Assembly: GCA_965215335.1 (NCBI GenBank)
Contig: CBDCDA010000002.1
Location: 576,001 to 640,000, forward strand
DNA: 64,000 bases
Origin: an uncultured Candidatus Entotheonella sp.
GTDB lineage: Bacteria > Tectomicrobia > Entotheonellia > Entotheonellales > Entotheonellaceae
Reading direction: 5' to 3'
A program made the translations under genes and the position numbers. Below are positions 50,223-59,370 of this stretch, in pieces. The notes under the pieces were generated by a model. It was not told the DNA's origin, did not search any database, and saw nothing but the letters and a program-made list of their open reading frames with translations. Numbering within the stretch: the first letter of the stretch is position 1; each line of letters begins with the position of its first letter.

Positions 50223-52943
50223 ATGGACCCCTGGTACAAAGTCGTCACGCTACGCGAGGAAGTGCGCGAAGGCCGCTCGTTCAGCCCGGACGAGTTCGCC
50301 ATCGCCCTGGAACAGGTGGTGGCCGGAACCGCTCCGGTCGATTACCACGACCCGGCCCAGTTCTTTTCCCGCACCTGTTTCACCCGTGCGCTGAAGGACC
50401 ATGCCGGCAGGGTTCTGCGGCGCCTGGCCGGCCAAACCGGGAACACGGCGCCGGTGCTTACCTTGGTCACCCAGTTCGGTGGCGGCAAGACGCACACCCT
50501 TACGATGCTCTACCACCTGGCCAAGGCCGGCACGGAAGCCGCCAAGCTGCCGGGCGTTGCCGACCTCCTGAACGAAGCCGGCATGGTAGAAGCTCCTGCC
50601 GCCCGTGTTGGCGTGTTCGTGGGCAACGCTTGGGATCCGGCCGATGGACGGGAAACGCCTTGGATCGATCTGGCTCGCCAACTGGCAGGCGAGAGAGGAG
50701 TGGCTGCGCTTGGCGCCGCCGCACGAACCACACCGCCAGGAACGGAAGCACTGGCCAAGGTATTCGCCGCTGCTCGATCTCCCGTGCTTCTGCTCTTCGA
50801 CGAGGTGCTCAACTTCGTCAACCGTCACCGGAACCTGGCCGAGAGCTTCCATGCCTTCATCCAGAACCTGACGGTCGCGGTCACCGGCACCACGCAAGCT
50901 GCAGCGGTCATCAGCCTGCCGCGCAGCCAAGTGGAGATGACCGACTGGGACCAGCAGTGGCAGGACCGTATCACCAAGGTGGTGCGCCGCGTTGCCCAGG
51001 AGTTGATCGCCAATGACGAGTCGGAAATCAGCGAAGTGGTACGACGACGATTGTTCAGGGACCTCGGCAACGATCGCGTTCGCAAGCGGGTCGCCAAGAC
51101 CTATGCGGACTGGTGCTTCGAGCGAACAGCCCGCCTTCCGAACGAATGGCTGGCGGTGGATATTCTCAGGGACCGATTCGAGGCGTGCTATCCCTTTCAC
51201 CCGGCGACTCTGTCGGTTTTCCAGCGAAAGTGGCGCGCGCTCGCCCAGTTTCAGCAGACCCGGGGGCATTGGCAATGCTGGCACAGTGGATTTCCTGGGC
51301 CGCTGGTGAGCAGTTTCAGAAGGCGAGAACAGAACCCCTGATTACACTGGGCTCCGCGCCCTTGCACGTGCCGGAATTTCGCGCCGTGATTCTCGGTCAA
51401 CTAGGGGAAGCGCGGCTCGACGCGGCCATCGACGCCGACCTCGCCGGGCCGATGGCGCATGCCCGAGCGCTGGATGCAGATGCCACAGGCGCGCTTCGCG
51501 ACATTCACCGTCGCGTAGGCACCACCATCCTGTTCGAGTCTTCCGGCGGGCAGGTTGACAAAGTGGCCCACTTGCCCGAACTGCGTTTCGCGCTGGGCGA
51601 TCCGGACGTGGATACCACCACGATCGACAGTGCTGCAACATCGCTGGAGGCACGCGGATTCTTTATTCGCAAGATTGGGACCGACGGCTATCGCATTCAC
51701 CACCAAGCAACTCTACGAAAGGTGGTCAGCGACCGGCAGGCTTCGCTGGACGAAGAAACGGACGTCAAGCCGGCCACCCGCAAGCTGGTCGATGGCATGT
51801 TCAGGCAAGGCGCCACCCTCTCCGTGGCCTGTTTCCCTGAAGACAGCGCCGCGGTGTCGGATTCCCCCCGCTTGACATTGGTCGTTCTCGATCCCGAGGT
51901 GGAATGGAACAGCGGCAGTGAGGTGGCTGAGCGCCTTGGGTGTTGGACCAAAGAACGAGGCCAGTCACCTCGACGCTATCCGGGCTCGCTGGTGTGGTGT
52001 GCCAAGAAACCGGGGCGTCAATTGAGGGAAAAGGTGGGCCTTGTGGCTTGCCTGGCAGCGCGTGGCACACGAGGTGGCGGAAGGTGTCTTGGGCACCGAT
52101 CTCGACCGCGCCGACCGTGCTGAAATACAGACCAGGCTCAAGGACGCAGAGGAAGCCGCCAGGGACGAGGTGTGGGCTGGCTACCGCTTCGTGGCCCTCT
52201 TGGATACGCAGGCGCCGCACGGGCTCAGGATCATCGACCTCGGGGCAGGTCATACCAGCGCCAGCGAGACACTCTGCGGGCGGATTATCGGCGTCCTGAG
52301 GTCCGAGGCCCTGCTGAACGAGAGCGTCAGCTCTGGTTACATCGACCGCCACTGGCCACCGACATTGGTGGAGACGGGGGCCTGGCCCATCACGGGTTTG
52401 CGGCAGAGCTTCCTCGACGGCTCGTTAACGCGGCTGATTGATCCCGATACAGTCCTTCGGCAACAGATCTCCGAGTTCGTGGCGCGGGGGGAATTCGGTC
52501 TGGCATCCAACGTCCGGGACGATGGCAGCTACGGCCGGCTGTGGTATGCGGAGCCGGTGCCGCCCGAAGAGATCGCGTTTGAATCCAGTGTCTTCCTGCT
52601 GACCAAGGTCAAAGCGGCAGCGCTCAAGGCGACCCTTGCCACAAGTACGACGTCGGGACCTGTTCCGGAGCCGGCGCCTACCCCAATCCCCGAACCTGTT
52701 CCCGAACCCTCCCAGGATCAATCGAAAGTAACGCTTCGACTTGCCGGTGCGGTACCCCCGGAAAGCTGGAACCGGTTCGGAAGCAAAGTATTGCCCAAGT
52801 TGCGCTCAGGCAACGAACTCAGCATGAGAGTCGAGTGCCTCGTTCGTGTCGAAGCTACGTTTGCTGGAAATATGGAGACAGACTTGCAACAGATTCTCGA
52901 TGATCTCGGGTTGGGGGACCGAATGCGGATTGAGAAGTCGTGA
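50223..52943 (+). pseudogene. DUF499-family AAA+ ATPase (BrxC/PglY-related), frameshifts near 51264 and 52040
   Basis: TQFGGGKTH Walker A, LLLFDE Walker B, YPFHP, FQQTRG; three consecutive ORFs join by single-base indels. Confidence 0.85.
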
Positions 52944-53259
52944 ACGCCAACCGCAGCCTCGCTTGACTCGCTATCAGAGGCGATTTCCACAGGTAACGCC
53001 TGGGTGAAACGACGTCTGTCGTTGGGCCAAAGGTGTCGGCAACTGGGGCAATCGAGCTTTTCGGCATGGTTCGGTATGGGTGGATAATCTTGAGACGTTT
53101 CTGCACGGCCGTCAGTCTGACCTCTCTTGGCTACGATAACTCCCTCGCTGTCATGACCCGATGAAGGTGTTTCGGGTGCGATATGACCATCCCCGTCCTT
53201 GTGGTGCTATGTCTCACCTTGGTTGGGAGGTCTTCCGGCTAGGCTGTACAGAGCTCCGA

Positions 53260-53770
53260 TTAACGCAGGTGTCTGGCATAGCTCGCTAAACGACGGCGAA
53301 TCTCAGCTTTCGGGAGACGACAGCGCGGATGCACCGACATGGCGGTCAAGCCGTCGTGCAATTCCCGGATGCTCACGACGGAGCCAGCACGCATCTCGTC
53401 CAGAAGCCAAAGCACGCCATGGCATTCGACCCATTCGTTGGCCGCTAGCTGGCGGAGTGCGCTGTCACCGCTCAGCAGAACCCAGGACCAGGTTTGCGCG
53501 AGGGCGAGGGCGAAACAATCAGGAAGGGAAAGCGCAGGTACCTGCCGCCGGTAGACAAGGGCACGACTGACCCCCCTCGCCATCCAGTTTCTCAACGGAT
53601 AGGCCGAGCCTCATCAACTCATCGCCGCCCCGGTTGTTCAACTCTTGCCTGTATAACAGATCGGGGACAACAAATCTGTAAGGCAGGCGGAAACTGGCTT
53701 TCAGAAGAGACCCGCGCTCCAGATCAATCAGGACCGAGGTGTCGGAGACGAGTACATGCAAAGGCCTCAA
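53260..53770 (-). pseudogene. PIN-domain (VapC/DUF3368-like) nuclease, +1 frameshift in a G6 run at 53571-53576
   Basis: LVSDTSVLIDL (N-term) and LSLPDCFALALA...LLSGD..LR (C-term) in different frames. Confidence 0.82.
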
Positions 53771-54852
53771 ATTGCAGCCGCCTCGTGTTCGAAGGCTGGT
53801 GGCTCCTCCATCCGTTGATTCAGTTCGTGCACCGACACACCAAGCAACTCCGCTGCCTTGGATTCGGAGACGACCCCTTCGGCAAGGGCACGAAACGTGA
53901 GACGCTCAAAACGCTTCGGTTTCTCTCCTTCCCTCGCATATGGCTCCTTGTAGGGCGGGGTGCGCCAGCCGAGGCGGGTGAAAGCGTCGAACAGCCGCCG
54001 GAACAGGCTTTCACTGAAGATGCCCAAGTCTTTGCAGCGATACGTGATGGCCTGCACACTCGTGCCGAACACCCGCTTCAACTCCAGAAGCTCGCCCAAG
54101 CTGACTGACGTACGGCGTTTGCCGATCTTCGCCCACAGGGCGTCGGCAGGCATGAGGAAAGCCCCGGCAAACCGGTTTGCGGCCTTTTCCTCGTCCAGAC
54201 GGTTGGCGACCTCCATGACCAAATGCCCGAGTTCATGAGCCAGGGTGAAATACTGCTGCTCTCGCCAGTCATTGGCGTTGACCACGATGACCGGAAGGGG
54301 GCTCTTGCCGGCTCGACGGGCACGTGCCGTCAGACCGTCGATTTTCACGGAATCGACAGCAAGCACTTTAATGCCCTGTTCCTCAAACAACTCGATGAGG
54401 TTCGGGATCGGGTCGTTGCCAAGGCTCCAATGGTCCCGCAGGCTTTGGGCTGCGCGGTCGGCCTCGGAAATATCATGCACAACAGGATAGGGGGCCTCGC
54501 ACGGGCTGTGCCACTCGACACTCCGAAGGCCGAGCAGGTCTTCCACCAGCAGGTAGCGCTCCAGAAGGTGCAGTACCTTGGCTTCGACCCGGGCTTCCTC
54601 CCGTCGGCTCGTAATCTTTTTCTTCCTGAACTCCACCGCTTCGAGGACCATTTCCTGACCCCCGGCCAAGTAGTCCACCGACACGTCAAGGGCACTGGCG
54701 AGTGCGATCAGGACGGCCGATCCAGGCATGGATTCATTGCGCTCGTACTTGCCGATCGCCTGTGCCGTAACGAGATTGTCAATTCTTGCCTCCAACCTTC
54801 TCAGAGACAGGCCAGTGGCAGTGCGTGCCACCTTGAGTCGTGTCCCGATCAT
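53767..54852 (-). CDS. XRE-HTH / ImmA-IrrE metallopeptidase fusion
   Basis: N-terminal HTH (RLKVAR...LSLR.L...AIGKYE); FTLAHELGH; EKAANRFAGAFLMP. Confidence 0.92.
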   Translation of the reverse strand: MIGTRLKVARTATGLSLRRLEARIDNLVTAQAIGKYERNESMPGSAVLIALASALDVSVDYLAGGQEMVLEAVEFRKKKITSRREEARVEAKVLHLLERYLLVEDLLGLRSVEWHSPCEAPYPVVHDISEADRAAQSLRDHWSLGNDPIPNLIELFEEQGIKVLAVDSVKIDGLTARARRAGKSPLPVIVVNANDWREQQYFTLAHELGHLVMEVANRLDEEKAANRFAGAFLMPADALWAKIGKRRTSVSLGELLELKRVFGTSVQAITYRCKDLGIFSESLFRRLFDAFTRLGWRTPPYKEPYAREGEKPKRFERLTFRALAEGVVSESKAAELLGVSVHELNQRMEEPPAFEHEAAAI

Positions 54853-54868
54853 TGCTCTCTCCCCTATA

Positions 54869-54916
54869 TTGACAGTTTACAAATGTCAGTTTATCATAGA
54901 TTCCTGTAAACTATCA
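54869..54916 (+). promoter_or_regulatory. CBASS promoter overlapped by operator-like repeats
   Basis: TTGACA(54869)-17 bp-TATCAT(54892); inverted repeat TGACAGTTTACA / TGTAAACTATCA; middle copy TGTCAGTTTA. Confidence 0.75.
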
Positions 54917-54938
54917 GCCTCAAGATAGGAGTCACCAG

Positions 54939-56198
54939 ATGACGGTGAAAACAATCTCCCCGCAGCGATTCCTTACTGACCCGACGGATATCCTGATGGC
55001 CGACGTGGCTATCCGGGTTCAGCTCAGCCGAACGGATTATAGCAAGGCAGTCTCGCGATACCTGACGATAAATGCTTGGATTGAGCGTGACGCGAGCCCA
55101 TTGAAGGATCGTGTGGAGTTATTTTACCCGCAAGGTTCAATGGCTGTCGGAGCAACCATCGCCTCAAAACTGAGGACGGATGAGTTCGACATTGATGTAG
55201 TTGCCCAGCTGGACCTGGGGGACCATGTATCGCCACAGGTAGCCCTCGACTTGCTGTACAAGGCCATCCGTGGAGAGCCGGGGTCCAGATACCACGGAAT
55301 GGCAAAGCGCAGGACGCGGTGTGTGACAGTCGATTACAGGGATGACATGCACCTTGACGTCACGCCCGTGGTACGAATGTGGGGCACGCCGGAACGTCAA
55401 AGTTGGATATTCCACCACCGGCCGGAAGCACCACAGGAGCCAAGCCGCCGGCTCATCGCCAATCCTTATGGTTTTGCGGAATGGTTCAAGGACAACACGC
55501 CGCCAGATCATGCCTTCGCCGATATTTTTGAGGAACGCGCCAAGGAATATGAAAAACTGCTCATACTGGAGAAAGCCGACAACGACCCTGTTCCTCCGCA
55601 AGAGCCACCGTTCCGAAAGTCAAAGGCCGTCATCGTGCTGCAACTCCTGAAGCGTTGGCGCAACGTGCAGTACGATTCCCGACAGGGACGGCGACCGCCG
55701 TCAATCATGATCGCGAAGCTTGTGGCTGATGCAGCCAACCGTACGGAACGCCTGTCAGAGGAGTTGTTGTTTCAGGCGCGGCATATCTTGTCCGTTATGC
55801 GTCAAGCCCACAGTCAGGCTCGCCTCGTTCGCGTCGTCAACCCGGTCTGTGGACAGGACGTACTGACTGACCGCTGGCCGGAATCGCTACAGGCCCAAGC
55901 TCAGTTTATCCGTGATCTTGAGAATCTGGTGCTCAAGGCCGAGCAGTTGGTTGCAGGGTGCGATTTGGAAACAATGCAGAAAATCATGGTAAGTCTGTTC
56001 GGCGAAGCGCCTGCGATGGAGGCGGTCCGAGCATTCAACGAACGAACCGGAGGTGAGATTGGGAGCGGACGCACCAAGCACGACCCCCGAAATGGAAGGT
56101 TGGTTGTTCCGGCATCGGTGGCGAGTGTAGCGGTCCCCTCTGTCACCCGGTCAACGCCTCGACATACCTTCTATGGGGCTGAACGGAGAGGACAATGA
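54939..56198 (+). CDS. cGAS/DncV-like nucleotidyltransferase (CD-NTase, SMODS)
   Basis: QGS..GATI....DEFDIDV, HLDVTP, NPYGF..WF, LLKRWRN; C-terminal HTFYG. Confidence 0.9.
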   Translation: MTVKTISPQRFLTDPTDILMADVAIRVQLSRTDYSKAVSRYLTINAWIERDASPLKDRVELFYPQGSMAVGATIASKLRTDEFDIDVVAQLDLGDHVSPQVALDLLYKAIRGEPGSRYHGMAKRRTRCVTVDYRDDMHLDVTPVVRMWGTPERQSWIFHHRPEAPQEPSRRLIANPYGFAEWFKDNTPPDHAFADIFEERAKEYEKLLILEKADNDPVPPQEPPFRKSKAVIVLQLLKRWRNVQYDSRQGRRPPSIMIAKLVADAANRTERLSEELLFQARHILSVMRQAHSQARLVRVVNPVCGQDVLTDRWPESLQAQAQFIRDLENLVLKAEQLVAGCDLETMQKIMVSLFGEAPAMEAVRAFNERTGGEIGSGRTKHDPRNGRLVVPASVASVAVPSVTRSTPRHTFYGAERRGQ

Positions 56199-57477
56199 TC
56201 TTGTCCACATGGGATCAAGCCGAAGCGATGCGAAGAGGCTGGGCGACATTCAAAATTCTCAAACGCAATCGTCAATGCGCACTATGGGAAGGGATCGTCC
56301 AGCCTTTGAGCCAGACCTACACGGTCCAAGTATTTTTGCGCCAAGATCAAAGTCGCAAAAAAACCGCCTACGCACAAATCCCGCTGGTGACAGTGACTAG
56401 GTTCAGGACTCATAACCAGAAGATGACCGTGGCAGCAATACAGATGGCGCTGTAGAAAGTGTGCGCACAGCGATCATAGCGTGTGGCGATACGGCGCCAA
56501 TCCTTGAGGCGACCGAACAGGCGCTCGATGAGATTACGGCTCTTGTAAAGCTCCGTGTCGTAGACAATCGGCTCTTTACGATTGGCACGGCCTGGAATAC
56601 AGGGCTTGATCTTGCGCTCGGCAAGCGCCTTGCGCAGCCGGTTGCTGTCATAACCCTTGTCGGCAATCAGCACGTCGGCCTCCGGCAATGCGGGCAGCGC
56701 CATGTCTGCCCCGCGATAGTCGCTGACCTGGCCCGCAGTCAACACCATGACGACGGGCTTGCCGTCGCCGTCGCAGACGGCGTGAAGTTTCGAGTTGAGG
56801 CCGCCTCGGGTACGCCCGATATGGCGCGGAAAAGCCCCCCCTCGAGCAGGCTGGCAGCGGTGCGATGCGCCTTGAGATGCGTGCTGTCGATCATGACGGT
56901 CTCGGTGGCCGTGCTGTCGGCGGCCAGGGTTTGGAAGATGCGGTCGAAGACACCGGCCTTGCTCCAGCGCACGAAGCGGTTGTAGAGCGTCTTGTGGGGA
57001 CCGTAGCAGGCGGGCGCGTGGCGCCACATCAGACCGTATCGAATGACGTGGATGATGCCGCTGATGACCTTTCGGTCATCGACGCGCGGGACGCCGCGCA
57101 CCTTGTTGGGTAGCAGGGGTTGGAGTCGGGCAAACTGCGCATCGGAGAGCCAGAAGTGATGATCGGGCATGATGAACCTCCCCATGGAGTCAGGGTCTTG
57201 AATCCGATATGTTCAATGATAACCCTTTATAGGTCCTGAGCCTAATCCTCTGCTTCGCAGGCGGCTAGCAGATCCGTCCGATTCTATTCCGCACCACTAT
57301 CCTAACCAAGACCGACCTGAACTACCTTTCCTGTGTCTCTACGACCCGGATGCCCGAGAGTGGCATCCGGGCCTTGCGGTTTCCCGGACGATAATCCCCT
57401 GGACGATAGATTGGCTTGCCTGTTACGAGGGATGGCTTGCAACGGGTAAGTGGACAGGGGGCGGACGACATGGCTAG
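56195..57477 (+). pseudogene. CBASS E2-like protein (short type II), split by IS5
   Basis: Removing the IS and one TA restores a 145-aa ORF with PHHY...LCLYDP...W...TIIPW..DWL..YEGWLATGKWTGGG. Confidence 0.88.
56400..57242 (-). mobile_element. IS5-family (IS427-like) element with two overlapping ORFs
   Basis: IRs GGTTCAGGACTCATAA / GGCTCAGGACCTATAA, TA duplication; DSTH, ADKGYDS, RNLIERLFGRLKDWRRIATRYD. Confidence 0.93.
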
Positions 57478-58555
57478 TCAAGCAGGTTCCCCAAGGCATG
57501 GCAGTAGTGAGAACTCTCCCCCGAAACGCTCATCTGGGGCTCTCAAGCGACGTCGGGTACCACTCCCCTGGCCAGCAGACCAAGAATTTCGCATCCTTTC
57601 CATTGATGGCGGCGGCATCCGGGGAATATACCCGGCCACTTTTCTGGCAGGGCTGGAGGAGCGCTACCTGGAAGGTTCTTCGGTGGCGCAATACTTCGAT
57701 CTCATTGCCGGGACCTCAACCGGCGGGATCATTGCCCTTGGCCTTGCCGCCGGCCTGAAGGCCGCGTACTTACGCGATCTCTATGTTGACCGCGGTTGCG
57801 AAATCTTCCCGCCTATCAGAAGCGGAATCATTGGAGCGACACAACGCCTCCTAAGAAATGCCAGCCAATATGTCAAGTTCCGTTACGACCGCAAAGCACT
57901 GATGGGAATTTTGCATGACACGCTCGGCGACCGAAGGCTCGGTGAGGCAAAAACCCGCCTGTGTATCCCCTCATTCGAGGGTCGCTATGGGGAGGTCTAC
58001 ATCTTCAAGACTCCCCATCACCCGGACTTCCGAAAGGACGCGAGCGAGCGGATGGCAAAGGCCGCTGCCGCCACGGCAGCGGCTCCGACGTTTTTTGAGC
58101 CCCTACAAGACGGTGGTTACACGTTCGTTGACGGTGGAGTCTGGGCGAACAATCCGATCATGATAGCCCTTGTCGATGCGTTGTCCTGTTTTTCTGTGCC
58201 TCGTGACCGCGTGCGAATTCTAAGTCTGGGATGCGGGGACGATCCGTATATCGTTGGTCGCTCGAAGATACGACTCGGCGGTATATTGGCGTGGCGTCAA
58301 ATCATCTTCGCGGCTATGCGGCTTCAATCTCTGAATGCGCTCGGGCAAGCCGGGCTCCTAATTGGCGCGGACAGAATCATCCGGGCTAATCCTCCAACAA
58401 GGGATATCCAGATGGACGACTGGACCCACGCCGTCTCAGAACTGCCCGGTGCAGCGGAATCCACACTGGACGAATTAGGCGAAAACGTGTGCGCAATTTT
58501 CCTTTCGGAACCTGCAAGCCAATATGAACCTCTCATCAGAGAACCTTGGTCTTAG
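57470..58555 (+). CDS. Patatin-like phospholipase CBASS effector (CapV-like)
   Basis: DGGGIRG, GTSTG, DGGVWANNP; overlaps the E2 stop. Confidence 0.92.
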   Translation: MASQAGSPRHGSSENSPPKRSSGALKRRRVPLPWPADQEFRILSIDGGGIRGIYPATFLAGLEERYLEGSSVAQYFDLIAGTSTGGIIALGLAAGLKAAYLRDLYVDRGCEIFPPIRSGIIGATQRLLRNASQYVKFRYDRKALMGILHDTLGDRRLGEAKTRLCIPSFEGRYGEVYIFKTPHHPDFRKDASERMAKAAAATAAAPTFFEPLQDGGYTFVDGGVWANNPIMIALVDALSCFSVPRDRVRILSLGCGDDPYIVGRSKIRLGGILAWRQIIFAAMRLQSLNALGQAGLLIGADRIIRANPPTRDIQMDDWTHAVSELPGAAESTLDELGENVCAIFLSEPASQYEPLIREPWS

Positions 58556-58557
58556 GC

Positions 58558-59370
58558 TCATTCACGGGGCGGAGGGGTCGCAGACTCCAATGCTTCATGC
58601 AGCAAGGCATTAACCAGCCGGTTGCGGGTGGTTTCGTGCTCTGTCCGCGCGGCTTCCAACCGGTCGCACAGGGCCGTCAGTTCGTCGACTTTGGCGACGA
58701 TGCGATGTTGCTCGGCGAGGGGTGGCACGCTCAGTGGTAAGTCATAGGCATCAGAACGGCTTAGACCTGGCTTAACGCCTTTTCCAAGCGATCCGAGATC
58801 GAGCGTCTGGAGTCCGATCAACAGATATCGGAGATCAAAATAATCAGGCGCCTCGACGAAGTACGCAACGTCCGTGGTCCACGATGGGCTGGCACACAGG
58901 TTAAGCGCTCCGGCTGAACCTTTCCGGCCAATGATGATTGATGGCGTCTCAGTCAGCGGCGTCTCACAGTATCCTACGACCCCATTTGATCCGAACACCG
59001 GAACTGGTCCTTCAGCAAGGCGTTCGCCGGCCTTCATTCCTTTGCCGTACTGAAACTCCAATAGCGCCCCGACAGGGGCAACCAGCCAGCCGGATATGTC
59101 CGCTGGGCGCACTTGTTGAGGCTTGCGTTGTTTCCTTCCAATTGAAGATATTGACGCCGGCTCATCGTTCGGGTCTTGCGGCACCAACTTCCCCCGCACC
59201 GCCAAGTCGAGGATAAACCGCCGCAAACGCGAGATAGCGTCGGGCGCGTTGGCGATTCGATCAAAGTGCGTAAGCAGGCGTTCGGCGGCGAATGGATTCC
59301 CGCCGGCACGGGAATGATCCTTTGAGGCATTGGACGGCCTATTGTCATCGCCGCAACCGTTAGGCTTCAT
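58558..59370 (-). CDS. hsdS: Type I RM specificity subunit, half-length (one TRD)
   Basis: LRRFILDLAVRGKLVPQDP, IIIGRKGSAG, PPLAEQHRIVAKVDEL; 270 aa. Confidence 0.85.
   Translation of the reverse strand: MKPNGCGDDNRPSNASKDHSRAGGNPFAAERLLTHFDRIANAPDAISRLRRFILDLAVRGKLVPQDPNDEPASISSIGRKQRKPQQVRPADISGWLVAPVGALLEFQYGKGMKAGERLAEGPVPVFGSNGVVGYCETPLTETPSIIIGRKGSAGALNLCASPSWTTDVAYFVEAPDYFDLRYLLIGLQTLDLGSLGKGVKPGLSRSDAYDLPLSVPPLAEQHRIVAKVDELTALCDRLEAARTEHETTRNRLVNALLHEALESATPPPRE

Noticed and set aside
52944..53259. Possible ncRNA or small gene between the DUF499 ATPase and PIN genes
   Set aside because: No recognisable structure, RBS or protein motif
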